Shown here: positions 11,271 to 22,597 of the stretch, piece by piece
Numbering within the stretch: position 1 is the first letter of the stretch
Layout: every line of letters begins with the position of its first letter
Source of the DNA: Pseudomonadota bacterium
GTDB taxonomy: Bacteria > Pseudomonadota > Gammaproteobacteria > Ga0077536
Reading direction: 5' to 3'
Length of the DNA stretch: 57,979 nt
NCBI GenBank assembly: GCA_029977665.1
Contig: JAPOKK010000001.1
Coordinates: forward strand, 1 to 57,979
Program-made: the position numbers and the translations under genes
Notes under the pieces: model-generated
Database searches by the model: none
What the model saw: only the letters and a program-made list of their open reading frames with translations
What the model was told of the DNA's origin: nothing

Positions 11271-14200
11271 TCAGGCGCTGCCGGCCACGGCGGGTGCCGG
11301 TGCCCGCCAGCGCCGACGCCAGCCCATCATGAGGCGATAGCTCATCGGCACCATGACCAGGGTGAGCGCGGTGGAGAACGTCAGGCCCCACACGATGGCC
11401 GTCGCCATCGGCCCCCAGATGAACGATTCGCCGGCCAGGCCCGCGGCCAGGGAAAACAGGCCGGCGACCGTCGTGGCCGAGGTGATGAGGATGGGTACGA
11501 CGCGGCGGCGGGCCGCGTAGATCGTGGCGTGATTCAGGCTCATCCCGCTCTCCAGGCGCGCATTTGCGGCTGATATCAGCACGATCGACGCATTTACCGC
11601 AATGCCGGCCAGCGCGACCATGCCATAGATGGTGTACAGGCTGAGCGGGTTGCCGGTCACCAGCAGCCCGAGCACGACACCGGTGAAGGCCAGGGGAACG
11701 GTGCACAGGATCAGCAGCGGTTGCAGGTAGCTGCGGAACTGGGTGCCGAGAATGATGTACATCAGGCCGACGCCGAGCACGAATAGCAGCGTGATGGCGT
11801 CCAGCGACTCCTCGATGTCATCGAGCTCACCGGAGAAATCGATATCGACATTGGCGTGCTGCGGCGCGATGCGCTGCCACTGTTCGGCAATCAGCCGGTT
11901 GGCGGTGACGGTGTCGATGGCCGCATCGTCGATATCCGCCTCCAGCGTCACCGCGCGGCGGTAATCGTGGTGACGGACGTTGTAGCGGCTCGCGCCCGAT
12001 TCGTGGTCGAGCAGCTCACCGAGCGCCATGGCGCCGCCGCCCGGCAGCGCGACGGTCTGGCGCAACAGCTCGCTGATGTCGCCGAGTCCGTCGCCGGCAG
12101 CGCGCACGCGCACGCGCACCTCCTCGCCGCGGTGCTGGAACTCGGTCACGATCTCACCGTCGACGAACAGGCTGACGGCGCGGCTGACGGTCGTCGGTGC
12201 GACACCGGCGCGCTTGATTGCCTCGCCGTCGTGGCGCAATACGAGCTCGGGGTTGCCGGGCCGGTAATCGGTTACGACATCCCGGTAGACCGGGTTGCTC
12301 TCGAGGAAGCCGCGCAGCCGGTCGACCACGTCGAGGATCGCCTCGAAATCGTCGCCGCGCACCTTGAGCTTGACCGGACGTTCCGTCGGCGGCCCGTCCT
12401 TGAGGCGCAGCAGCCAGATGTTCTTCGGCCCCGGGTAGTCAGCGATCGCCGCTTCGACCGCATCGGCGACCTCGAACACATGGCGATCACCGGGCCGCGC
12501 GGGCTTCAGACTGACCAGTACCTGGCCCATGACGTCACCGAACATCTGCTCGGTCTCGGTGAACATCTGCCCGGCGTAGGCGAGCGTACCGCGCAGGGTG
12601 TCCGGCTCGATCACCGCCCGCGCGCGGCGTTCGATGTCGACCAGTGCGCGCGAGGTCACCGCCAGCGGCGTCCCGGGCGGCATCTCGACGCTGATGTAGA
12701 ACAAGCGCACGGCGTCACCCTGGAAGAAGTTGACCCGCACGAGCCCGGAGGCGAGCGTACCGCCGGCGACGGCGAACGCGAGCAGCACCAGGGCAAGCGC
12801 CAGCCACGGCCGGCGCATGGCACGCACCAGCAGGCGCGTGTACTTCAGGCGCAGCCAGTGATTGAAGCGCTGGCGCCAGGGATGCAGGCGCGAGGGACGG
12901 CGGAAATCGACGCGGAACGCGACGACGTGTGCCGGCAGCATCCAGTAGGCCTCGAGCAGGCTGAGCACGAGCGCGGTGCACACGACGAGGGGAATCACGC
13001 GCATGAACTCGCCCAGCACGCCGGGCAGCAGCGCGAGCGGCAGGAATGCGGCGACCGTCGTCAGCACCGAGGTCGTGACCGGCGCGAACACCTCGCGCAG
13101 GCCGCCGAGCGCGGCAGTGAGCGGCGCCGCACCGTCGAGCAGGCGCTGGTAGATGGACTCCACCACCACCACCGCGTCGTCGACCAGCATGCCGAGCGCG
13201 ATGACCACGCCGAGCAGCACGGTGTTGTTCACCGTCATGCCGGCGAGGTTGAGCACGATGAAGGTCGCTGCGAGGGTGAACGGAATGCCGACACTCGTCA
13301 GCAACGCGATGCGCGAGCCGAGGAACACCCAGGTCACCAGCAGCACGCAGGCGAGACCGATGGCGGCGTTGGTCTGCATGAGGTCCAGCGCCTCGCGCGT
13401 GCTCACCGTCTGGTCGTCGACCAGGAACAGGCGCACCCCGGTCTGCGCGGCGAGCGCGTTGCGCGAGCCGATGTAGTCCTGCAGGGTGGCGACGAGATCG
13501 ATGACGTTGGCATCTTCCTCCTTGGTCACCGCGAGCATCGTCGCCGGGCGCCCGTCGAAGGTGACGAGTTCCTCGAGTTCTTCCGTCGTAAAGGAGATTT
13601 CGGCGAGCTGGCCGAGTTCGACCACACCGCTCGCAGTCGTCACCGGCAGGCGTGCGAGGCGCTCGGGATCGGCCGTCGTACCGGCGACGCGCACCAGCCA
13701 GCGGCCGCCCTGGGTGGCGACATCGCCGGCGGAAACGTCGCGGAAGTAAGCACGCACGGTATCGGCGAGGTCGGCCGGGGTGATGCCCAGCCCGTGCAGG
13801 CGTTCGGGGCGGAAAGCGATCAGGAGTTCCGGACGCGGCAGCCCGACGGCGTTGATGGCATCGACCCCGGGCAAAGCCTCGATGTCGCGCTTCACGTAAC
13901 GCGCCTGGCGGCGCAGGTTGTCGTCGCGACCTTCACCGTAGACGGCGACCATCGCGGTCGGGAACCAGGTCGAGGACGTCAGCTCGTAGAAGATCGGGTC
14001 CTCAGCCTCTTCCGGCAACTGGTCGTTGTAGGCGTTCTGGACCTCGCGGCGCAGATCGATCACGCGCTTGTCGTAGGTCGCATCGTCGATGTAGTCGAAG
14101 CGCACGATGATGTTCGACACCCCTTCGCGCGAGGTGCTGGAGACGAAGTCGATGTCGCGCACCGATCGCTGGATCACTTCCTCGATCGGATCGGTCACGC

Positions 14201-14384
14201 GCTTCTCGATGTCTTCCGCCGCGGCGCCGGGGAGGTAGGTGATGATGTTGACCCAGTTGAGCTTGATGTCCGGGTCCTTGGCGCGCGGCATCTGCAGGTA
14301 GGAAGCAGCACCGAGCACGAGCACCAGCGCGAACACCAGGTTCGCGAGCACGTGGTTGGACAACAGCGCCGTGAGCAGGCGCAT
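11271..14384 (-). CDS. RND efflux transporter permease (AcrB/AcrD/AcrF family), 1037 aa
   Basis: Architecture is 12 TM segments plus two large periplasmic loops. The start overlaps the adaptor stop (ATGA). Confidence 0.92.
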   Translation of the reverse strand: MRLLTALLSNHVLANLVFALVLVLGAASYLQMPRAKDPDIKLNWVNIITYLPGAAAEDIEKRVTDPIEEVIQRSVRDIDFVSSTSREGVSNIIVRFDYIDDATYDKRVIDLRREVQNAYNDQLPEEAEDPIFYELTSSTWFPTAMVAVYGEGRDDNLRRQARYVKRDIEALPGVDAINAVGLPRPELLIAFRPERLHGLGITPADLADTVRAYFRDVSAGDVATQGGRWLVRVAGTTADPERLARLPVTTASGVVELGQLAEISFTTEELEELVTFDGRPATMLAVTKEEDANVIDLVATLQDYIGSRNALAAQTGVRLFLVDDQTVSTREALDLMQTNAAIGLACVLLVTWVFLGSRIALLTSVGIPFTLAATFIVLNLAGMTVNNTVLLGVVIALGMLVDDAVVVVESIYQRLLDGAAPLTAALGGLREVFAPVTTSVLTTVAAFLPLALLPGVLGEFMRVIPLVVCTALVLSLLEAYWMLPAHVVAFRVDFRRPSRLHPWRQRFNHWLRLKYTRLLVRAMRRPWLALALVLLAFAVAGGTLASGLVRVNFFQGDAVRLFYISVEMPPGTPLAVTSRALVDIERRARAVIEPDTLRGTLAYAGQMFTETEQMFGDVMGQVLVSLKPARPGDRHVFEVADAVEAAIADYPGPKNIWLLRLKDGPPTERPVKLKVRGDDFEAILDVVDRLRGFLESNPVYRDVVTDYRPGNPELVLRHDGEAIKRAGVAPTTVSRAVSLFVDGEIVTEFQHRGEEVRVRVRAAGDGLGDISELLRQTVALPGGGAMALGELLDHESGASRYNVRHHDYRRAVTLEADIDDAAIDTVTANRLIAEQWQRIAPQHANVDIDFSGELDDIEESLDAITLLFVLGVGLMYIILGTQFRSYLQPLLILCTVPLAFTGVVLGLLVTGNPLSLYTIYGMVALAGIAVNASIVLISAANARLESGMSLNHATIYAARRRVVPILITSATTVAGLFSLAAGLAGESFIWGPMATAIVWGLTFSTALTLVMVPMSYRLMMGWRRRWRAPAPAVAGSA

Positions 14385-15391
14385 CAGTCTTCGAGCAGCT
14401 CGACGCTGTCGCCGTCATTGAGGCCGTACTGTCCTTCGGTGACGACCAGGGCATCATCGGGCAGCGCCACCGCGCTGGGACGGCCGGCCTGCGCCGCGGG
14501 CAGAGCCGTGAAGCGGGCGTGTCCGTCGGTGACTACGAACAGGCCGAGCGCGTCACCGCGCTGCACGAGTACGCTGCCCGGCACGTGCGGCCGTGCGTCG
14601 CGCCATTCGAGTTCTCCCGCGGTGCCGCTCAGGGGATGCGTGCCGGTGAAACGCAGCCGCAGCTCGCGCGTCCGCGTGGCGGTCGTGATGGCGGCGACCG
14701 CGACCCGCAGGCTGACCGGGTAACGCCGGCCACCGGTCACGAAATCGAGCGAGGTAGTTGCCTCGATGGCAGCGACGTCGTCGGCGCCGACCTGCGCCGA
14801 GAGTTCGATGTCGTCGAGATCGATCACCCGCGCGACCGCTTCGCCAACCGCGGTGTACTGGCCGAGCGGTGCGAGGCGCTCGATCAGCGCGGCGCGAAAC
14901 GGGCTGGTCACGACGCAGCGGCTGACCGCGACCGCGTCGCGTTCGATACGCGCCCGCGCGCCCGCGATCTGTGCCTGCGCCACGGTACGTTCCGCGCTGC
15001 GCTCGTCGAGCACCTCGACGGCGAGCGATTGGCGCGCGGTCAGCTCGCGGGCGCGCTCGAGGCGCCGCTCGGCGAGATCCAGCCGTGCCTCGAGCTCGGC
15101 GAGGTCGGCGCGTGCAGCCGCCAGCGCGAGCTCGTAGTCACGGCAGTCGAGACGGGCGATCGTGGCGCCCTTGTCGACGACATCGCCGACCGCGGGGGGA
15201 AACGCGATGATGCGCGCGGCAAGTTCCGCACTGAGCTCGGCCTCGCTGCCGCTGACCACCGTGGCCGGCGCGGCATGGGCCGGGTAGACGGCAATGGTGT
15301 TCAGACGGGCGACGCGCACGGGCGTCGCCTCGGCCGCGATTACGGCCTGGGACATGACGGCGAACAGGCCGGCAAGGAGCACGGGCAACAT
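14384..15391 (-). CDS. RND efflux periplasmic adaptor (membrane-fusion protein), 335 aa
   Basis: Signal or anchor is MLPVLLAGLFAVMSQAVIA. A coiled-coil hairpin is present (ALAAARADLAELEARLDLAERRLERARELTARQ). The start is taken at the Met at 15391. Confidence 0.88.
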   Translation of the reverse strand: MLPVLLAGLFAVMSQAVIAAEATPVRVARLNTIAVYPAHAAPATVVSGSEAELSAELAARIIAFPPAVGDVVDKGATIARLDCRDYELALAAARADLAELEARLDLAERRLERARELTARQSLAVEVLDERSAERTVAQAQIAGARARIERDAVAVSRCVVTSPFRAALIERLAPLGQYTAVGEAVARVIDLDDIELSAQVGADDVAAIEATTSLDFVTGGRRYPVSLRVAVAAITTATRTRELRLRFTGTHPLSGTAGELEWRDARPHVPGSVLVQRGDALGLFVVTDGHARFTALPAAQAGRPSAVALPDDALVVTEGQYGLNDGDSVELLED

Positions 15392-15536
15392 GGTCGGAAC
15401 GGATCTCGTTATGGCTGCAGGCACGCCGACGCGCGGGTAGTGACGGCAGTGCCGTGCGCGGCGCCGCTGTGCGGCCGGGCACGGCCGCACCGGGTCACGG
15501 CAGGCGTCGGCAAGTGTACACGCAGTGGCGCGGCCC

Positions 15537-16715
15537 TCATTCTCCCATGGCGCCCGGCAACGCGGCGCGGCGCCCGGGCCGGGCGAGCACGGCGGCGGCC
15601 CGCGTGAACACCGCCGGCGGTACGCCGAGCGCGGCCTTGATGGCGATGTCGCGATCGAGCGGGTTGTCGAGCATGGCTGCGTAGCGCAACTCGGCCAGCG
15701 GCGCCCGCCCCAGCTGCCACCAGGCCCATACGAGCGGGAAGAACTGCAGCGGCCAATCGCTGCCGTGCATGAGCTTCGCGACGAGTGCGGGCCGCTCGAG
15801 GGCGCGCGGCAGGAAACCGAGCTTGTTGACCTGGGTCAGGCTCGATTCCTCGGTAAAGAGATTGGGGTGGCGCGCGACCATCGGCAGCAGCCGCTCGAAG
15901 TTGCCTTCACCGCCGTTCTCGCCGGTCGTCGCGACGTGCGCGGCGATCACGCGGACGCCGGCGGCGAGCGGACGCGCGAGACGGCGCGGGTCGCCGAGGC
16001 GATTGTCGGCGTGGTGGAACGCGTTCTCGTCGCCGACGTGCACGAGCAGCGGCAGGTCGAGTGCGACGAGGCGCGCGTAGAACGCATCCAACGCCGGGTC
16101 GGCCGGATCGATGTGCATGATGGCGGGGATCCACTTCACCAGCACCGCGCCGTCGGCGACCGCGCGGTCGAGGCGCGCGAGCGCATCCTCGCGATAGGGA
16201 TTGATGCTCGCGCCGAAGGCGAACTCGGGATGCTGCCGGGCGAGGCCGGCAATGTAGTCATTGGGCACGTAGACCTGGGTCACGGCGCGATCGAGCGCGC
16301 CGTCGGCGCCGATCACGCCATCGAGCGCGAGCAGCACGGCGCGTTCCACGTAGCGCGACTCGCGAATCAGGTCGCGCAGACGCAGCGCCGTGATCGTATC
16401 GCCGTGCGCGGCCATCTCCCGCGCATCGGTGCCGAAGGCACGCAGGTAGAACGCGAACTTGTAACTCGCAACCAGGTCGTCGGAGACAAAACAGCCGGCA
16501 CAGCCCTCGCCGAGACCGGCGGTATGCGCGTGCATGTCGAGCACCGAGTTCTGCGGCGGTAGCGTCGTCGGCGCGCGCGGTTCGACCAGGGCCACGCTTA
16601 GCGCGAGCAACACGATCGCGACAACGCCGAGCGCGGTGGCGAGGCCGAGCGCACGCAGCATCGCGCGCATCACGCGGGCAGCTCTGCGGCCGTGGTAACG
16701 GTGCAGCCAGGACAT
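15537..16715 (-). CDS. membrane-anchored amidohydrolase-superfamily metal hydrolase, about 392 aa
   Basis: An N-terminal TM segment is present (LGLATALGVVAIVLLALSVAL). The HxH motif is VLDMHAHTAG. Later His and Asp ligands are LLVHVGDE, IAAHVATTG and HGSDWP. Alternative Met starts exist at 16670 and 16661. Confidence 0.75.
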   Translation of the reverse strand: MSWLHRYHGRRAARVMRAMLRALGLATALGVVAIVLLALSVALVEPRAPTTLPPQNSVLDMHAHTAGLGEGCAGCFVSDDLVASYKFAFYLRAFGTDAREMAAHGDTITALRLRDLIRESRYVERAVLLALDGVIGADGALDRAVTQVYVPNDYIAGLARQHPEFAFGASINPYREDALARLDRAVADGAVLVKWIPAIMHIDPADPALDAFYARLVALDLPLLVHVGDENAFHHADNRLGDPRRLARPLAAGVRVIAAHVATTGENGGEGNFERLLPMVARHPNLFTEESSLTQVNKLGFLPRALERPALVAKLMHGSDWPLQFFPLVWAWWQLGRAPLAELRYAAMLDNPLDRDIAIKAALGVPPAVFTRAAAVLARPGRRAALPGAMGE

Positions 16716-16759
16716 GCCGGCATTACCGTGCGGCTTCCCCTGGTGTGCACGGCCGCTGC

Positions 16760-17146
16760 TCAGATCTCCGCGTCGATCGCGCGGAAGGTTTCCTGTACGA
16801 GCTTGAAGCCGTGGTTCGCCGCCGGCACGCCGCAGTACACCGCCGCGTGCAGCAGCACCTCGCGGATCTCCTCGCGAGTGAGTCCGTTGTTGAGCGCGCC
16901 ACGCACGTGCAGCACGAACTCATCGTCGCGCCCGAGCGCAAGCAGCATGGCGAGCGTGAGGAAGCTGCGCGTGCGGCGATCGAGCCCGTCGCGCTGCCAG
17001 ATGTCGCCCCACGCATAGCGCGTGATGAGATCATGGAAATCGGCGTTGAAGGCATTACGGTTGGCCTCGGCGCGCTTGACGTGCCCTTCACCGAGTACCG
17101 CTTTGCGCGTGGCCATGCCGGCCTCGCGGCGCTGCTCGTCATCCAT
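16760..17146 (-). CDS. pcaC: 4-carboxymuconolactone decarboxylase, 128 aa
   Basis: DLITRYAWGDIWQRDGLDRRTRSFLTLAML...LTREEIREVLLHAAVYCGVPAA is the CMD family signature. GAGGAGGAAG lies upstream of the ATG. Confidence 0.9.
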   Translation of the reverse strand: MDDEQRREAGMATRKAVLGEGHVKRAEANRNAFNADFHDLITRYAWGDIWQRDGLDRRTRSFLTLAMLLALGRDDEFVLHVRGALNNGLTREEIREVLLHAAVYCGVPAANHGFKLVQETFRAIDAEI

Positions 17147-18587
17147 CGTCTTCCTCCTCGACGTGCGGATCCGCGATGGGCAGCCCTGCCGCCGTCGCAG
17201 ACGTGGAACATTCAGCCGCGATCGGCGATACCGGCGGCGGCGCGCCAGCGAGTGTCGCCGCGCGCGCCAGCGCCTGGTCGATGAAGCGCTCGCTGGCGCC
17301 GAGGAAGGCGAGCGGATCGAGCGCCCGCGCCAGCCCCGCAGCATCGAGATGCTCGCCGACCGCGTCCATCTCGGCGAGCACATCGCCGAGTGGGCGCTGC
17401 GCTTCGCGCGCACTCGTCACCGCCTGGCGTACCAAGGCCTGCGCCGCGGCACGGCCGAGTGCCGGTGCCAGTGCCATGCTCACCGCCTCGCTCATGCCGA
17501 GACCGAGGTCGGCCTCGAGGTGACGGCGCATCGCAGCGCTATCGACCTCGAGACCATCGAGCGCGCGGCCGAGCTGGGCGAGCGCGCCTCCGGCGAGGGT
17601 CGCCAGCTCGGCGAGCGCCGGCGCTTCGGCGTGCCAGGCCCCGGCCGCCCGTTCGTGCCAGTGGTCGAAACAGCCATACACGGTCGCCAGGGCACCGGGC
17701 GCACGGCGCGCGCAGGCAACGACGGCAATCGCCGCGACCGGATTGCGCTTGTGCGGCATGGCAGACGAGCCGCCGCGCCCGGGAGCGGCGGCTTCGGCGA
17801 GCTCGCCAATCTCGTTCTGTGCCGCGAGCACGATATCGGTCGCGGGCTTGCCGGCCGCGGCGCAGACGTCGGCGAATGCCGCGGCGAGTTCGCGCACGAT
17901 ACCGCGCTCGGTATGCCACGGCGCGCTCGGCGCGAGGCCGAGGCGCGCGGCGAGCAGCTCGGCCACGGCCGGGGCGTCGTCACCGAAAGCCGCCAGCGTG
18001 CCGCTGGCACCGCCGCACTGCAACGGCAGGCGCGCATGAAGGGCATTGAGGCGCTCGTGCGCGGCGACGAGCCCGTTGAGCCACCCGGCCACCTTGAGCC
18101 CGAACGTCGTCGGCCCGGCCTGCTGGCCGAGGGTGCGCGCAACCATCGGCGTGGCCCGGTGCGCGTCGGCGAGCGTTGCCAGGCCATGCTCGAGCCGGCG
18201 CAGGCGCGCATCGAGATGCTCGATGGCGGTACGCGCGGCGAGCATCAGCGCACTGTCCAGCACGTCCTGGCTGGTCGCGCCCCAGTGCACGTAACGCGCC
18301 GCGCCCTTGTCGCTCTCGGCCACCGCCGCGGTGAGCGCGGCGACCAACGGGATGGCCGGGTTACTTGCCGCGACCGTTGCCTCGCGCAGCCGTGCCAGGT
18401 CGGGTCGCAGGGTCCCAGCACAGGCGACGATGGTTTCCGCCGCCGCCTGCGGGATGAGTGTCAGCTCGGCTTGCGCCTCGGCCAGTGCGCCCTCGAAGGC
18501 AAGCATGTGCGCGCAGCTTGCCTCGGCACCGAAACAGGCCGCCACTTCCGGCGAGCCGAGGTAGTCGTCGCTCAGAGCATCGATCAT
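17139..18587 (-). CDS. pcaB: 3-carboxy-cis,cis-muconate cycloisomerase, 482 aa
   Basis: It belongs to the fumarate-lyase superfamily (HWGATSQDVLD, GSSAMPHKRNP). It lies within the pca operon. Its 3' end overlaps pcaC by 8 nt. Confidence 0.9.
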   Translation of the reverse strand: MIDALSDDYLGSPEVAACFGAEASCAHMLAFEGALAEAQAELTLIPQAAAETIVACAGTLRPDLARLREATVAASNPAIPLVAALTAAVAESDKGAARYVHWGATSQDVLDSALMLAARTAIEHLDARLRRLEHGLATLADAHRATPMVARTLGQQAGPTTFGLKVAGWLNGLVAAHERLNALHARLPLQCGGASGTLAAFGDDAPAVAELLAARLGLAPSAPWHTERGIVRELAAAFADVCAAAGKPATDIVLAAQNEIGELAEAAAPGRGGSSAMPHKRNPVAAIAVVACARRAPGALATVYGCFDHWHERAAGAWHAEAPALAELATLAGGALAQLGRALDGLEVDSAAMRRHLEADLGLGMSEAVSMALAPALGRAAAQALVRQAVTSAREAQRPLGDVLAEMDAVGEHLDAAGLARALDPLAFLGASERFIDQALARAATLAGAPPPVSPIAAECSTSATAAGLPIADPHVEEEDDG

Positions 18588-18611
18588 CGGGTTCTCCCGC
18601 CGCACTCCCGC

Positions 18612-20309
<1,698 letters not shown>

Positions 20310-20313
<4 letters not shown>

Positions 20314-21014
20314 GAGCGGTTCTCCCACGGTGTCTCGGCCGGTCCACGCAGGACGATGTCGAAGCGGTAGGCAAGCGCGCGCCCCGGCTCGGTGCGCGCG
20401 AGGTCGAAGCACGACACCAGGCGTTCGCGCGCCTGCGCGTCGGCGATGCCCATGAAGATCGGGTCGAACGGCAGCAACGGGTCCCCCGGGAAATACATCT
20501 GGGTGACCAGGCGGCTGCCCCACGCGGGCCCGAATAAGGAGAAATGAATATGCCGCGGGCGCCAGGCGTTCGCGTGGTTGCCCCAGGGGTAGGCGCCGGG
20601 TTCGATCGTGTAGAACGCATAGTGGCCATCGGCGTCGGTGAGGCATTGGCCGGCGCCGGTGAAATACGGATCGAGCGGCGCGTCGTGATCGTCGTTGACG
20701 TGGCGGTAACGGCCGGCCGCGTTGGCCTGCCAGACCTCGACCAGTGCGTGGGCCTCGGGCCGCCCGAACTCGTCGCTGACGCGCCCGTGGACGAGGATGC
20801 GCTGTCCCTGTGCGATGCCACCCGGGACCTGGCACGTCATGTCGTTGGCATCGGCGCGTAGTGCCTCGGCACCGAAACGCGGTCCAAGCGTCTCCGACAG
20901 CGTGTGCGGGATGGCGACGGGCGGCTCGCGCGGCGCGCGTTTCTCGCTCGAACGGTAGGCCGGGGTGTCGTTGTCCGGGTAGACGCCCGCGGGTACGCGC
21001 CTGTATCGAAACAT
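20310..21014 (-). CDS. pcaH: protocatechuate 3,4-dioxygenase beta subunit, 234 aa
   Basis: VEVWQANAAGRYRH...YPWGNHANAWRPRHIHFSL is the intradiol dioxygenase signature. Confidence 0.93.
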
Positions 21015-21688
21015 CAGGTCAACTCGGCACGCAGGCGGCGACAGCCGGGCGCGAACCGCAGTGGCGCACCGGTCTGCGCGGCGAGTTCGTTCTCGCCGAG
21101 ACCATCGAGGATATCAGTGACGAGGAAACCGTCGGCATCGATCTCGATGACGGCGAGATCGGAGTAGATGCGATCGACGCAGGCGAGCCCGGTCAGCGGC
21201 AACGAGCAACGTTCGACCAGTTTCGATGCACCGTCCTTGGCCACGTGGCTCGAGAGCATCACCCACACGCGCCGTGCACCGGCAACGAGATCCATCGCGC
21301 CGCCCACGGCGGGCGGCTTGCTGCCACCGAGCGACCAGTTGGCGATATCGCCGTTCGCCGCGACCTGGTAGGCACCGAGAATCGAGACGTCGATGTGGCC
21401 ACCGCGAATCATCGCGAAGGAATCGGCCTGGTGGAAATAGGCGCCGCCGGGCACGATCGTGACCGGCTGCTTGCCCGCATTGGTGAGATCCGGATCGACC
21501 GCGTCCGGCGCCGGCGCCGGGCCCATGCCGAGCAGGCCGTTCTCCGAGTGCAGCACGAACTCGCGCCCGGGCGGAATGTGGTCGGCAACCTTCATCGGCA
21601 TGCCGATGCCGAGATTGACGTAGGCGCCGTCGGGCACGTCCTGCGCGACACGGCGCGCGATGTCGGCGGCGGAGAGTCGTGCCGTCAT
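21014..21688 (-). CDS. pcaJ: 3-oxoadipate CoA-transferase subunit B, 224 aa
   Basis: CoA-transferase beta subunit motifs are present (LHSENGLLGMGP, GGAMDLV). Confidence 0.9.
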   Translation of the reverse strand: MTARLSAADIARRVAQDVPDGAYVNLGIGMPMKVADHIPPGREFVLHSENGLLGMGPAPAPDAVDPDLTNAGKQPVTIVPGGAYFHQADSFAMIRGGHIDVSILGAYQVAANGDIANWSLGGSKPPAVGGAMDLVAGARRVWVMLSSHVAKDGASKLVERCSLPLTGLACVDRIYSDLAVIEIDADGFLVTDILDGLGENELAAQTGAPLRFAPGCRRLRAELT

Positions 21689-22353
21689 GCGCCCACCTCC
21701 ACGATGCGATCGACGAAGATGCCGGGCGTCACCACTACCTCCGGGTCGACCATGTCGACCGTCGTGCGCACTTCGGCGAGCGTGGTACGCGCGGCCATCG
21801 CCATGATCGGGTTGAAGTTGCGTGCCGTCTTGGCGTACGTCAGGTTGCCGAAGCGATCGCCCGTCGCGGCATGGATGAGCGCGACGTCGGCGCGGATGGC
21901 GCGCTCCATCACGTAATGACGGCCATCGAACTCGCGCGTCTCCTTGCCCTCGGCCAGCGGCGTGCCGTAGCCCGTCGCGGTGTAAAACGCCGGCACGCCG
22001 GCGCCCCCGGCACGGATGCGCTCGGCCAACGTGCCCTGCGGCACGATCTCGAGCTCGATGCGGCCGGCTTCGTAGAGCTCCTCGAACACCACCGAGCCGC
22101 TCGAACGCGGGAACGAGCAGACCATGCGCGCGGCGCAGCCCGATGCGAGCAGCCGGGCCAGCCCGTAATCCCCCGAACCTGCATTATTGCTGACGATGGT
22201 GAGGTCGCTGAGACCTCGTTCACGCACCGCGTCGATGAGACGCTCGGGCACCCCGGCATCACCGAAACCACCAATCAGGATCACCGCCCCATCGCGCAGA
22301 TCCTCGCAGTCCGCCACGGCCGCAGCCGCGCTCGTGTAGCGCTTATCGATCAT
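21685..22353 (-). CDS. pcaI: 3-oxoadipate CoA-transferase subunit A, 222 aa
   Basis: ILIGGFGDAGVPERLIDA and LEIVPQGTLAERIRAGGAG match the CoA-transferase alpha subunit. GGAGGAAG lies upstream of the ATG at 22353. Confidence 0.9.
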   Translation of the reverse strand: MIDKRYTSAAAAVADCEDLRDGAVILIGGFGDAGVPERLIDAVRERGLSDLTIVSNNAGSGDYGLARLLASGCAARMVCSFPRSSGSVVFEELYEAGRIELEIVPQGTLAERIRAGGAGVPAFYTATGYGTPLAEGKETREFDGRHYVMERAIRADVALIHAATGDRFGNLTYAKTARNFNPIMAMAARTTLAEVRTTVDMVDPEVVVTPGIFVDRIVEVGA

Positions 22354-22430
22354 GCTCCCCCGCTTCCTCCGGCCCAGGGCCGAATTATGCCCGCTTTGAA
22401 CACGCCCCATTCAAGTCGCCCGCACGGCCT

Positions 22431-22567
22431 CCCAAAAGTGTCAGACACTTTTGGGGTGATCCACCGACTCGTCGGAGAGCAAAAGTGTCAGACACTTTTG
22501 CGCCGCGCCGCGGACTCGTAGCAGGTCAAAAGTGTCTGACACTTTTGCTTAATTTTTGTGCAGATCT
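22431..22567. repeat. cluster of three AT-rich perfect palindromes CAAAAGTGTC-W-GACACTTTTG (REP/REPIN-like)
   Basis: Cores lie at 22433-22453, 22480-22500 and 22527-22547, with centre bases A, A and T. Flanking complementary bases extend copy 1 to 25 bp and copy 2 to 23 bp. A conserved tail, GCTTAATTTTTGTGCAG, follows copy 3. Confidence 0.9.
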
Positions 22568-22597
22568 GGGCGTGCCGGCGGCATGCGCCGGTGGCGC

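Noticed and set aside
11856-14723. A 955-aa ORF on the plus strand opposite RND pump 1. Similar long ORFs occur elsewhere, for example 17022-19151, 46980-49256 and 44530-45711.
   Set aside because: The products are Arg/Gly/His/Asp-rich and low in complexity, with no recognisable domain. Each lies exactly antisense to a confidently identified gene. This is the usual shadow-ORF effect of GC-rich DNA, where stop codons are rare.
22431-22567. The possibility that the repeated 21-bp units form a CRISPR array.
   Set aside because: There are only 2-3 copies per locus. The units are perfect palindromes in mixed orientation, the spacers (26 nt in both gaps of this cluster) are shorter than typical CRISPR spacers, and no cas genes are nearby. 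REP/REPIN-like elements fit better.
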